The notes under the pieces were generated by a model. The model was given only the letters and a program-made list of their open reading frames with translations. It did no database searches and was not told the origin of the DNA. Of a stretch of DNA of 64,000 nucleotides, positions 31,505 to 43,241 are shown in pieces. Every line of letters starts with the position of its first letter. Within the stretch, counting starts at the first letter, position 1. Both the position numbers and the translations under genes were made by a program. The DNA comes from Deinococcota bacterium. Lineage in GTDB: Bacteria > Deinococcota > Deinococci > Deinococcales > Thermaceae. The stretch covers positions 23,440 to 87,439 of the forward strand of contig JBGFRI010000027.1 in NCBI GenBank assembly GCA_041695225.1, in the 5' to 3' direction.

Positions 31505-32848
31505 ATGGCAGAACTAAAACTACCCGACCTGGGCGATAACGTGACCTCTGCGGTGGTGGTGGGGGTACTGATCAAAGAAGGCGATACCATCGTGGCCGGA
31601 CAGCCGGTGCTGGAGCTGGAAACCGACAAAGCCGTTATGGAAGCCCCGGCCTCCGAGGGCGGGACGGTCTCTAAGGTGCTGGTCAAGGCAGGCGACGAGG
31701 TAAAGAGTGGGCAGGTATTAGCGCTGCTGGGCGGGGCGGATGTGAGTGGGGGTGCGGGGGAGCAGGGGAGCAAGGGGGCGGCGCCTCCTGCCCCAGCAGC
31801 CACTACACCTGCGCCAGACCCTGCCCCCGCTGCTCCTGAGCCCGGTGCGAGCAGTCCCGGCTCGGCTAAGCCTAGTACCCCTGCTCCACAGCGCAGCGCT
31901 GCCCCACTGCAAGCGGTTCCCGCAGGGCAGCGCAAGCTGATTCCGGCTGCGCCCAGTGTGCGCAGGCTGGCCAGGGAGATGGGCATCAATTTGATGGAGG
32001 TGGTGGGCAGCGGCCCAGCCTTCCGCATCTTGGCGAGCGATCTAAAGCGGTTTGCTGCGGGAGAAGTTCCCGCTACAGTTCCCCCAGCCCCTCAGCCTGT
32101 TAGCACCCCTGCGGCTACCTTGCCCGACTTCAGCAGGTTTGGCCCGGTACGCCGCGAGGCTATGTCGGGAATTCGCCGCGCCACCGTGCGCGCGATGACC
32201 CAGGCCTGGACTACCATCCCCATGGTGACCCAGTTCGACAAGGCCGACATCACCACCATGGAAGCCCTGCGTAAGAAGCTTGGCCCCCGGGCCGAGAAGC
32301 GGGGCGCAAAACTTACCATGACCGCAATCCTGCTCAAAATTGCGGCCTCGGCGCTCAAGCAGTTCCACAGGTTCAATGCCTCGATAGACACCGCCTCCAA
32401 TGAGGTAATTTTCAAGGACTATATCCACATCGGGGTGGCGGTGGACACCCCTACCGGGCTCTTGGTGCCGGTGATTCGGGATGTAGACAAGAAAGGTGTG
32501 ATTACCCTGTCTGCCGAGCTGGGCGAGACCGCCGCCAAAGCGCGGGATCGCAAGCTTACCCCCGAGGAGATGCAGGGAGCATCGTTTACCATCTCCAACC
32601 TGGGGGGCATTGGCGGGACGGGCTTTACCCCGATTGTCAACTGGCCCGAGGTAGCCATTTTGGGAGTTTCGCGCAGTAGCACAGAGCCGGTCTGGAATGA
32701 CGAAAAAGCTACCTTTGAGCCCAGGAACATCATGCCTTTCTCGCTCTCTTATGACCACCGCCTGATAGACGGTGCCGATGCCGCGCGATTCTGCCGCTTT
32801 ATTGCCGAGATGCTGGAAGACCCGTATTTGATGGGGTTTGAAGGGTAG
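31505..32848 (+). CDS. aceF: Dihydrolipoamide acetyltransferase (PDH E2)
   Basis: Lipoyl motif ETDKA, Pro/Ala linker, E3-binding domain and YDHRLIDG. Confidence 0.94.
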   Translation: MAELKLPDLGDNVTSAVVVGVLIKEGDTIVAGQPVLELETDKAVMEAPASEGGTVSKVLVKAGDEVKSGQVLALLGGADVSGGAGEQGSKGAAPPAPAATTPAPDPAPAAPEPGASSPGSAKPSTPAPQRSAAPLQAVPAGQRKLIPAAPSVRRLAREMGINLMEVVGSGPAFRILASDLKRFAAGEVPATVPPAPQPVSTPAATLPDFSRFGPVRREAMSGIRRATVRAMTQAWTTIPMVTQFDKADITTMEALRKKLGPRAEKRGAKLTMTAILLKIAASALKQFHRFNASIDTASNEVIFKDYIHIGVAVDTPTGLLVPVIRDVDKKGVITLSAELGETAAKARDRKLTPEEMQGASFTISNLGGIGGTGFTPIVNWPEVAILGVSRSSTEPVWNDEKATFEPRNIMPFSLSYDHRLIDGADAARFCRFIAEMLEDPYLMGFEG

Positions 32849-32861
32849 TGAGTGCGAGCCC

Positions 32862-33067
32862 CTTGCGCGAGCGCGCCTGGTCGAAGGTCGAAAGACGAAG
32901 GTCGAAGGCCAAAACATGCGCTTACGCGCATGGTCGAAGGTCTAGAGTCGAAGGTCGAAAGCCAAAAGGCAAGACCGTGGCAGACCTTTGACCTTCGACC
33001 TTGGACATTCGACGAGCAGTCGAAGGCCAGATCGTGAGGCCGTAGCAGACCTTCGACCTTAGACCTA
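32862..33067 (+). repeat. Tandem heptamer elements
   Basis: Two GCGCNTGGTCGAAGGTC...GCCAAAA heads plus inverted GACCTTC/GACCTTG tails. Confidence 0.85.
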
Positions 33068-33107
33068 CCGAGTTAGCCGTGAGGATAGTAGCCGCGCAGG
33101 TAAGGGT

Positions 33108-33731
33108 CTACGGTGACGCATGTATGTGCTCAAGCACGTTCTGCACCACTGCGTTTAGGTCCTGCCGGCTGGTGTCCAGCACGATGGCATCTCTGGCCGG
33201 TGTGCTCTGTACCTTGTCGGCCTGGTCGCGCCGGACGATCTCGGCCAGAACGGTCTCGATAGTGGCATCGCGCTCGGGAGCGCGACGTCTGGCCCGGACC
33301 TCGGGGCTGGCGGTAAGGTAGAACTTGTAGCGGGCCTGGGGAAAAACCGCGCTGCCCATGTCGCGCCCGTCCACCACGAAAGGGGGCGGAATTTGACGCA
33401 GTACCTGGTTGACATACTCGCGGACGGCGGGGCGTGCTGCTACGGCGGAGACAATCTGGTCTACCTCGAGGCTGTGCAGAACCTCACTGATCTCGTGACC
33501 GTCCAGAAAGACCAGGTTCTGGGTGGGGGTGGGCTTCAGCGTTAGGCGGTACTTACCCAGACGCTCCTCAATTTCCTCGGCAGAGGCGTTCTCGATCAGA
33601 CAGATCAGGGCCACCGCCCGGTACAAAAGTCCGCTGGAGATATAGGGTACACCCAGGCGCCGGGCTACCAGCCTGGCCACGCTTGTCTTGCCCGAGGCCG
33701 AGGGGCCGTCTATGGTAATTACTTCAGTCAT
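33108..33731 (-). CDS. cmk: Cytidylate kinase
   Basis: IDGPSASGKT, SGLLYRAVA, DGRDMGSAVFP and FYLTASPEVRARRR motifs. Confidence 0.93.
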   Translation of the reverse strand: MTEVITIDGPSASGKTSVARLVARRLGVPYISSGLLYRAVALICLIENASAEEIEERLGKYRLTLKPTPTQNLVFLDGHEISEVLHSLEVDQIVSAVAARPAVREYVNQVLRQIPPPFVVDGRDMGSAVFPQARYKFYLTASPEVRARRRAPERDATIETVLAEIVRRDQADKVQSTPARDAIVLDTSRQDLNAVVQNVLEHIHASP

Positions 33732-33743
33732 CGGTCACGGATT

Positions 33744-33773
33744 GTCGAAGGTCCAGGGTCGAAAGTCGAAGGG
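33744..33773. repeat. Short 7-bp tandem repeat tract
   Basis: GTCGAAG GTCCAGG GTCGAAA GTCGAAG. Confidence 0.6.
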
Positions 33774-33923
33774 CAGAACAATTTGGCGTGGATGGTGATC
33801 CTCGAGGGCCGGCTCTTGATCTTAACTGGCAGTACGGTGCTCATACATCTTCCACGGCCTGAAGTAGCCTGCTCCACTGCCCTATGATCTGGGTCTAGCT
33901 GCAGCACATTCCACGACTCCTGC

Positions 33924-35204
33924 TCAATCCTTTCTACATAGCCGCTCTAAGTCTTGCCAGAAGCTGGGAAAGCTGATGCTGGCCCATTCGGCATCACGCA
34001 CCAGCACGCCTGTTGGCAGGCCACAGACCGCAAAGGCCATGGCAATGCGGTGGTCGTGGAAGGGCTCGACTACCCCGTCGGCCTGCACTCTGCCGCCTGT
34101 AATGTTGATCCAGTCAGGCCCGGCTTCCAACGGCACGCCCAGGTTGTGCAGGTTATGGGCTATGGCGCTCAGACGGTCGGACTCCTTGACCCGCAACTCC
34201 TCGAGGCTGGGAATATGGGTCTCGCCCTCGGCCCAGGCTGCTGCGGCGGCCAGCACCGGCACCTCGTCCACCATCAGCGGGATCAGTTTCGGGTCTACCG
34301 CTACTCCCTTGAGCTCTGACGAACGGGCCCGGATCCAGCCCACCGGCTCGCCGTCCTGCCCCTCGGTGACTTCCCAGCTCAGGTCGGCCCCCATCTGTTT
34401 CAGCACGGTTAGCAGGCCGGTGCGGGTGGGGTTAAGACCCACCCCCCCTATGGTCACCTCGGAGTCGGGGGTGATTAGCGCCGCCACAATAAAAAAAGCC
34501 GCACTACTGATGTCGCCGGGGACGGTCAGGTTCCTGGCGGTGAAAGGCTCGGCCCGGCGGGTGCGGATCAGGCTGCCCTCCACCTCGATGGGCAGGCCAT
34601 AGTGCCGGAAGACCCGCTCGGTATGGTCGCGGGTCGGGGCCGGCTCCACCACCTCGGTCTCGCCAGAGGCAAACAGACCCGCCAACAAGACCGCACTTTT
34701 GACCTGGGCGCTGGCCACGGGCATCTCGTAGTGGATGCCGGTCAGGCCGCCACCCCGAATGGCCAGAGGGGCCAGTCTGCCGTTCTCACGACCCTCGATG
34801 CGCGCACCCATCTGGCGGAGGGGGATGGTGACTCGAGCCATCGGGCGGCGCCGGAGTGAGGCGTCGCCGGTTAGTACCGAGAACATTTCCTGCCCCGAAA
34901 GCAGACCCGCCGCCAGCCGCATAAGGGTTCCGGCATTGCCGCAGTCCAGAATGTCGGCAGGTTCCACAAGCCTGAGGCCCGCTCCCTTAATGTAAAAATG
35001 CTCGTTCTGCTCGGTGATCTCGGCTCCTAACTGACGCATGACCTGGGTGGTTGAAAGGGTATCGCCAGCCTTGAGGGGATAGTAGAGGGTGCTTTCGCCC
35101 TGGGCCAGCGTACCCAGCATCAGACCTCGATGGGTGACCGATTTGTCGCCGGGAACGCGCAGCCTGCCTTTGAGGGATTGGGTGGGGGAGATGAGCCGTT
35201 CCAT
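33924..35204 (-). CDS. aroA: 3-phosphoshikimate 1-carboxyvinyltransferase
   Basis: PGDKSVTHR, DCGNAGT, SAQVKSA, RDHTE, ELRVKESDR and DHRIAM motifs. Confidence 0.95.
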   Translation of the reverse strand: MERLISPTQSLKGRLRVPGDKSVTHRGLMLGTLAQGESTLYYPLKAGDTLSTTQVMRQLGAEITEQNEHFYIKGAGLRLVEPADILDCGNAGTLMRLAAGLLSGQEMFSVLTGDASLRRRPMARVTIPLRQMGARIEGRENGRLAPLAIRGGGLTGIHYEMPVASAQVKSAVLLAGLFASGETEVVEPAPTRDHTERVFRHYGLPIEVEGSLIRTRRAEPFTARNLTVPGDISSAAFFIVAALITPDSEVTIGGVGLNPTRTGLLTVLKQMGADLSWEVTEGQDGEPVGWIRARSSELKGVAVDPKLIPLMVDEVPVLAAAAAWAEGETHIPSLEELRVKESDRLSAIAHNLHNLGVPLEAGPDWINITGGRVQADGVVEPFHDHRIAMAFAVCGLPTGVLVRDAEWASISFPSFWQDLERLCRKD

Positions 35205-35245
35205 AAGTCCATCCGGGATTATAGCCTGCTTGTGCGCCAACGCGA

Positions 35246-35652
35246 TTGGTCAAAGGTCGCAAGTCACAAGTCGCAGGTCTCAAGTCGAAGGTCTAAAGAC
35301 AAAGGTCGAAGGCCAAACATGCGCTTGCGCGCATGGTCGAAGGTCGAAAGACGAAGGTCAAGGGCCAAAGGGCGAGGCCGTCACAGACCTTTGACCTTAG
35401 ACCTTGGACATTCGACGAGCAGTCGGAGGCCAAAATACGTGACCGTGGCAGACCATTGACCTTAGACCGTAGACTCGCGACGAGCAGTCGAGGCCAAAAG
35501 GCGAGGCCGTCACAGACCTGCGACCTGAGACCTTAGACATGCGAAGATGCACTTACGCGCATGGTCGAAGGTCGAAAGACGAAGGTCAAAGGCCAAAACG
35601 CTAGACCGTCACAGGCCTGCGACCTTAGACCTGAGACACGCGACGACCTTTA
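35246..35652 (+). repeat. Cluster of heptamer elements (about 400 bp)
   Basis: Multiple GGTCGAAGGTCGAAAGACGAAGGTC heads and GACCTTA/GACCTGA tails, with repeated CGACGAGCAGTCG spacers. Confidence 0.9.
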
Positions 35653-35694
35653 GGGGTCGCACTAAACAGCCTCGAGCCGCTATAGTTAGCTGGT

Positions 35695-36675
35695 ATGGAT
35701 GCTGCACTCAACGGCCCCGAGCCGCGCTACTGGGATAAGATTCGCACCGTTGCCAGCACGCTGCGTGAACTCGAGGGGCCCATCATCATCGCCTCGCACG
35801 TTGACCCCGATGGCGACGCCATTGGCTCTTCGCTGGGGCTGGCTCGAGCCCTCAAGACCCTGGATAAAAAAGTTACCTGGATTGCCGACCCGCCGCGCTA
35901 TCTGCGCTTTCTGGTCAAGGAAGACGAGTATAGCGATCCGATCGAGCGCATGCCGGCAGGGGGCACCCTGGTGGTGCTCGACTCTGCCGAGCCGGATCGC
36001 GTTGCTGGAGTGCCGGTTGAAGGGTTTGTGATTAATATTGACCACCACGGCACCAACCCCCGTTTTGGCTACCTGGCGGTGGTAGACCCTTCCAAAGCCG
36101 CCGCCGCCCAGATGGTAAAGGACCTGATAGATGCGTTGGGCGTTGCCTGGAATGCCGAGATTGCCACTCCGGTGCTGACCGGTCTGATTACCGACACCGG
36201 CAACTTCCGCTTCGGCAACACCACCCCGGAGGTGCTGCACATGGCTGCCGAGCTGGTGGGGTACGGGGTAAATCTGGCCGAACTTACCGACCGCTTGCAG
36301 TGGCGGCCCACCAGCTACTTCAAGGCTATGGGTGCGGCGCTTTCCACGGTAGAGTTTCATTTTGGCGGCCTGTTGGTGACGGCCCACATGCCCCCCGATG
36401 TGACCGTGGAAGACTCCGACGATTTTGTCGGCATGATCCGCTACGCCGAAGGCTGTCAAATTGCGGTTTTTCTGCGCGAGCGCGCGGAAGGGGTGGTCAA
36501 GCTCAGCATCCGCAGCCGCGGTGGGGTCTCGGCCCAGGCCGTAGCGGTAAAACTGGGCGGGGGAGGGCACGTGCCTGCTGCGGGGGCCAGTCTGCGCGGG
36601 GTGAGCCTGGACGAGGCTTACCAGAGGCTGCTGGCCTCGGTTGAGCAGGAGCTCAGACGGGTGGGATACATTTAG
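35695..36675 (+). CDS. nrnA: DHH family oligoribonuclease/pAp phosphatase
   Basis: HVDPDGDAIGS, NIDHH, TDTGNF and GGGGH motifs. Confidence 0.88.
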   Translation: MDAALNGPEPRYWDKIRTVASTLRELEGPIIIASHVDPDGDAIGSSLGLARALKTLDKKVTWIADPPRYLRFLVKEDEYSDPIERMPAGGTLVVLDSAEPDRVAGVPVEGFVINIDHHGTNPRFGYLAVVDPSKAAAAQMVKDLIDALGVAWNAEIATPVLTGLITDTGNFRFGNTTPEVLHMAAELVGYGVNLAELTDRLQWRPTSYFKAMGAALSTVEFHFGGLLVTAHMPPDVTVEDSDDFVGMIRYAEGCQIAVFLRERAEGVVKLSIRSRGGVSAQAVAVKLGGGGHVPAAGASLRGVSLDEAYQRLLASVEQELRRVGYI

Positions 36676-36720
36676 GCTGCATCCGCATGGTTGAGCAACG
36701 CGATTCTTCGCCACGCAGGA

Positions 36721-39186
<2,466 letters not shown>

Positions 39187-39423
39187 GGTCTAAGGTCGAA
39201 GGTCTGCGGCGCTCTCGCGCTCTGGCCTTCGACTGCTCGTCGAATGTCCCAGGTCAAAGGTCGAAGGTCTGCCACGGTCTTGCCTTTTGGCCTTCGACCT
39301 TCGTCTTTCGACCTTCGACCAGGCGCGCTAGTGCTTTGACCTTCGACCGGGCGCGTTAGCGCATGCGCAGATGGAGGCCGGTGGGCTTTTCCTGAGACAG
39401 ATTTGGGGGCAAAATAGAGGGGA

Positions 39424-40674
39424 ATGCAGACCACGGTAACGGCTCCAGCCACCAAAAGCCTGGCCCACTCGAGCCTCGGCTCCCAGATGCTGATGCGAGG
39501 GCTGCTTTTTACGCCTTCCATTCCGCGCTTTGCAGCGGCCAGACTGCTAGGTAAGCGATATCCAACCAAGGCCCTTTCCCTTCAACTGGCAACCCTCGCC
39601 GAACCCGAACGCCCCTCGGGTTTTGAGCGCCTTAAGGTGCGGCTGGCGGGCATTTGTGGGAGTGACCTGGCCTTGCTCTACGGCAAACAGTCGCCTGCGC
39701 TCTCGGGGATGTTCTCCTTCCCAGCCGTGCTGGGGCACGAGGTCGTGGCCGAGCTAGGGGGGGTGCGGGTGGTGGTCAACCCGGTGCTGGCCTGCCATGA
39801 ACGTGGACTGTCAGACTGCCCAGCCTGTGCGAAGGGCGACGATCATCTGTGCTTCAACGTGGCCGAGGGAAACTATGCTCCCGGCATGACCGGTTTTTGC
39901 AAAGATTTGGGGGGCGGCTGGGCCCAGCGTATGGTAGCCCACCGTGAGCGCATCTTTCCCATAGACGAGCAGGTCTCCGACGAGCGTGCAGTGCTGAGCG
40001 AGCCTGCCGCAGTGGTATTACACGGGCTGCGACAGGTCTGGCATAAAGGGACCACTGACCCAAGCGGCAGGACACCAGGCCCCGACGGCCTGTTACTGAC
40101 CACCCATGCCATGGAATGGCCCGCGCAGATTCTGGTAATTGGGGCAGGAAGCATTGGGCTGCTAGCCATCAAAATGCTGCGGATACTTGGCTTCGACGGG
40201 CCGCTGTTTTCGGTAGCCCGGCACAGCCGCCAGGCCGAGCTAGCCAGGCTGTTTGGTGCCAGCCAGGTATTCCCCAGTACCAAGGCTGCCCAGCAGGCTG
40301 CTGGAGCCCGCCGCTACCGGGGTATCCTGGGGGCTATTTCCTGGCGCGGCGGCTTTGAGGGGGTGGTGGAGGCCTCGGGCTCCACCGGCGGCCTGCAGGA
40401 GGCTAGCTGGGCGGTACGCGAAGGTGGGCGGGTCTTGCTGCTGGGGGCTCCCGCTACGGCCTTCCACGACTTTTCGCCTTACTGGTTCCGCGAAATTGGG
40501 CTTTTTGGCAGCTATGCCTATAGCTGGGACGACTTCGCCCAGACGGTCAAGCTCTTGCCCGAGATGAAGGATGTGGAACTCATGGTCACCCACAAATTTG
40601 GCCTGGAAGCCTGGCCCGATGCCATCAAAACCTCCATCACCCGCCGGGGCATCAAGGTGGTGTTCAGGCCATGA
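39424..40674 (+). CDS. Zinc-binding alcohol dehydrogenase family oxidoreductase
   Basis: GICGSD, GHE, structural Zn cysteines (CHE...CPAC...HLC) and GAGSIG. Start may be 39487 or 39493. Confidence 0.85.
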   Translation: MQTTVTAPATKSLAHSSLGSQMLMRGLLFTPSIPRFAAARLLGKRYPTKALSLQLATLAEPERPSGFERLKVRLAGICGSDLALLYGKQSPALSGMFSFPAVLGHEVVAELGGVRVVVNPVLACHERGLSDCPACAKGDDHLCFNVAEGNYAPGMTGFCKDLGGGWAQRMVAHRERIFPIDEQVSDERAVLSEPAAVVLHGLRQVWHKGTTDPSGRTPGPDGLLLTTHAMEWPAQILVIGAGSIGLLAIKMLRILGFDGPLFSVARHSRQAELARLFGASQVFPSTKAAQQAAGARRYRGILGAISWRGGFEGVVEASGSTGGLQEASWAVREGGRVLLLGAPATAFHDFSPYWFREIGLFGSYAYSWDDFAQTVKLLPEMKDVELMVTHKFGLEAWPDAIKTSITRRGIKVVFRP

Positions 40675-40676
40675 CG

Positions 40677-40828
40677 ATGCGCTAACGCGCATGGTCGAAG
40701 GTCGAGGCGCTAACGCGCATGGTCGAAGGTCGAAAGACGAAAGTCGAAGGTCAAAAGGCGGGGCCGTCGCGGACCTTCGACCCTCGACCTTCGACATGCG
40801 ACGATAGGAGCACCTGACGTGCGACGCT
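40677..40828 (+). repeat. ~110-bp heptamer element with duplicated head
   Basis: GCGCTAACGCGCATGGTCGAAGGTCGA twice, with tail GACATGCGACGATAGGAGCA. Confidence 0.85.
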
Positions 40829-40873
40829 ATTAGCATTGCACCCAATACATGGGCAAACCGCCCTAGACAGGTG

Positions 40874-42631
40874 TCAGACCCTGCGGAGCACCAGTAGGGC
40901 GGTGGCGTTGTCGGGTGCGCCCGCTTCCAGCGCGGCCTGCACCAGGGCTTCGGCGGCGGCCTGTGGGCTTTGGGAACGCAGCAGAATCTCAGCCATCTGT
41001 GCCTCACTCACCTCTGCCCAGACCCCATCGGAGAGGAGCAGCAAGGTTTCGCCCACCTCGAGGGTGGCCGCAACCGCGCCCCCGGTGACCTCGAGGGTTT
41101 CTACGTATCCCTCCTGGGGCTGGCGCAGGCTGCCCAGCGAGCGCAAGACCTGGTTGCGGTCGGGGTGGTCCCTGGCCTCTTCAGGGGTAATCATCTGGCT
41201 GGCTACCAGCGCAGCTACCAGGGAGTGGTCGCGGGTGAGCTGACGCAGCTGGCCCGAGCGCTCTCCTGCCTCCTCCTGGCCCGTCGAAGGGCGCCACGAG
41301 TAAAGCCGGGTATCGCCCACATGGGCTAGGGTATAGCGAGTGCCCCACAGAATAATCCCGCTAAGGGTACAGCCGCCATCCTGACCGGCCAGCGCCTCCA
41401 GCACGGCCCGGTTGGCCTCCCAGACCAGGCGCACCCCCCAGTCGGACTGGGACTGGGGGTCATCGAGGGGGTGGGGCAGGCTGCCGGAAATAAAGGTCTC
41501 TACCGCGGCCTGGCTGGCCCGTTCACCGGCGGCCATTCCTCCCATGCCATCGGACACACAGGCCCGCAGCAGGAGGGTTTGGCTGAACTCCGACTGGATG
41601 CGCTCGAGGCGGTAGGCGTAGGCATCCTGGTTGTAGTGGCGGCTGGGGTTCAGTCCCACGCTGGCGGCCTCCCCCAGCTCGAGCACCACCTGAGCGGGCT
41701 GGGACAGCCGCGCGAGCAGGGCCAGGGCCTGCCTGGGGGTGGGCCGCTCCTCCGGTGGGGCCAGCATCTGCGCCAGGGCCTGGGGAAGGCCCGCCGGACG
41801 AATGCCCGACAGCAGTATCTGGCTCACCCCCTCCAGCGGTAGTGGGCTGCTCGTGATCAGCTCAAACAAAAGCGCTCCCAGCAGATATACCCCGGTCTTG
41901 CTAGTCAGGGGCTGCCCGGCCAGGACTTCCGGGGGGGTGTAGCCATGCCGCCAGACCTGTGGTGATCTATCGCCCAGTCGGGCCAGCCGGGGCGGGAGGG
42001 TAAGCCGCAGGCCCATCGTGGTCTGGCGCAGGGCCTTGGGCTCCAGGTCCAGCAGGGCCAGGCCCTTGAGCTCCAGAAAATACACCAGCTGGGCCAGGGG
42101 CTGCACCACCTCGAGGGCCTGGGAGAGCGAGAGCGGCCGCCCTATGGGCTCACCCTCGGCGGCCTTTAGGGCCACCCCTTCGGGGCCAGCATAGACCAGT
42201 CTGGGCAGCAGGCGGTGGTTACCCAGCCCGGCCAGCAGGCTGCCATCCTGCCTGGGCCCCACCAGTAACCTGGTCTCGCCCTGGCTGGCGGAAATCCAAC
42301 CTCCCAGATAGGCGTTAGCGGCCTGGAAGGTCAGGCTACCCCAGGTGTGGGTGGAGCCAGGCTCCAGCTCGTAGCTCTCCACCGTAGAGGGCAGGACGGC
42401 CTCCTGCAAAAACTCCCCCTCCGGCGCCGCGGGGTGGGCCTCCGGTGGGGTAGGGGGCGCGGGTAAGGCCTGCTCCGGGGGAGTGGGTTCTACTGCGGCT
42501 GTTCCTTCCCCTCCAACTTCGCTCGGGGCAGGCCCTTCCACCAGGCCCATGTCGGCATGGGTCATGCCTTCGGCCTCGGCTTGCAGGATCTCCTGGCTGT
42601 CCTGCTCGTCCACAGGACGCTCCGCTGGCAT
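40874..42631 (-). CDS. PP2C Ser/Thr phosphatase with N-terminal degenerate kinase domain
   Basis: PP2C motifs NQD, SDGMGG, HVGDTR, LTRDHS, LLSDG and DNAT. Kinase remnants LLDLEP, GYTPPE and GVYLLGALLFELIT. Confidence 0.85.
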   Translation of the reverse strand: MPAERPVDEQDSQEILQAEAEGMTHADMGLVEGPAPSEVGGEGTAAVEPTPPEQALPAPPTPPEAHPAAPEGEFLQEAVLPSTVESYELEPGSTHTWGSLTFQAANAYLGGWISASQGETRLLVGPRQDGSLLAGLGNHRLLPRLVYAGPEGVALKAAEGEPIGRPLSLSQALEVVQPLAQLVYFLELKGLALLDLEPKALRQTTMGLRLTLPPRLARLGDRSPQVWRHGYTPPEVLAGQPLTSKTGVYLLGALLFELITSSPLPLEGVSQILLSGIRPAGLPQALAQMLAPPEERPTPRQALALLARLSQPAQVVLELGEAASVGLNPSRHYNQDAYAYRLERIQSEFSQTLLLRACVSDGMGGMAAGERASQAAVETFISGSLPHPLDDPQSQSDWGVRLVWEANRAVLEALAGQDGGCTLSGIILWGTRYTLAHVGDTRLYSWRPSTGQEEAGERSGQLRQLTRDHSLVAALVASQMITPEEARDHPDRNQVLRSLGSLRQPQEGYVETLEVTGGAVAATLEVGETLLLLSDGVWAEVSEAQMAEILLRSQSPQAAAEALVQAALEAGAPDNATALLVLRRV

Positions 42632-42632
42632 C

Positions 42633-43241
42633 TTAGCCCTCCTTAAAAACCAGGATCACATTGCCAAAAGCCAGCTCGTCGCCGTCCTTGATCTCGGTGG
42701 GCTCGACTAAGCGGGGGGAGTAGGCATCCTCTGTGGCCCGCTTGATAAACACGCCGTTGGTGGAGCCCAGGTCGCGCACCTTCCAGCCGCCGTCAAAAAA
42801 TAGTTCGGCGTGGCGGCGCGAGATGTTTTCGGCCCCGGCCACCCCGGTCAGGTCAATCTCGACCGGGCCGGTGGAGGCATCGAAACGCCCTACCACCAGG
42901 CGCGGGCCTTGCAGGGGAATGCTCTCGGTGGTGAGGGCCCCAAAACGCTTGAATATTAGCTGGCCAGGCCGAAAAGCAGCAGGTGAGGGTGTTGTGGGCA
43001 CGGCTGCCCCGGCCATAGGGACAGGCGTTGCATCTGGCCCGGGTGGGGGAGCCGGGGTCTCGGTGACTACGGGCTGGGCAGCAGGTGTCTCGGTAACGAC
43101 GGGCGGGGGGGCCGTAGTCTCGCTAACAGCGGGCTCCTGGGGTGGCGCCTGGGAGGTTTCTGGGGTGAGCTCTACCCCGCAGCTTTCGCAGTACTGGGTT
43201 CCATCGGGGTTCTCGGTTGCGCATACCTTACACACGATCAT
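42633..43241 (-). CDS. Zinc-ribbon plus FHA domain protein
   Basis: CKVC...CESC ribbon. FHA motifs VGR, ISRRHA and DLGSTNG. Confidence 0.9.
   Translation of the reverse strand: MIVCKVCATENPDGTQYCESCGVELTPETSQAPPQEPAVSETTAPPPVVTETPAAQPVVTETPAPPPGPDATPVPMAGAAVPTTPSPAAFRPGQLIFKRFGALTTESIPLQGPRLVVGRFDASTGPVEIDLTGVAGAENISRRHAELFFDGGWKVRDLGSTNGVFIKRATEDAYSPRLVEPTEIKDGDELAFGNVILVFKEG

Noticed and set aside
35246..35652. Repeat cluster as a CRISPR array
   Set aside because: No constant 25-40 bp repeat alternating with unique spacers, and no cas genes. The units are degenerate 7-mers.
40040..40115. Apparent ~25-aa insertion in the zinc dehydrogenase
   Set aside because: In frame, with no repeat or intein signature. 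Cannot be distinguished from a variable loop without an alignment.
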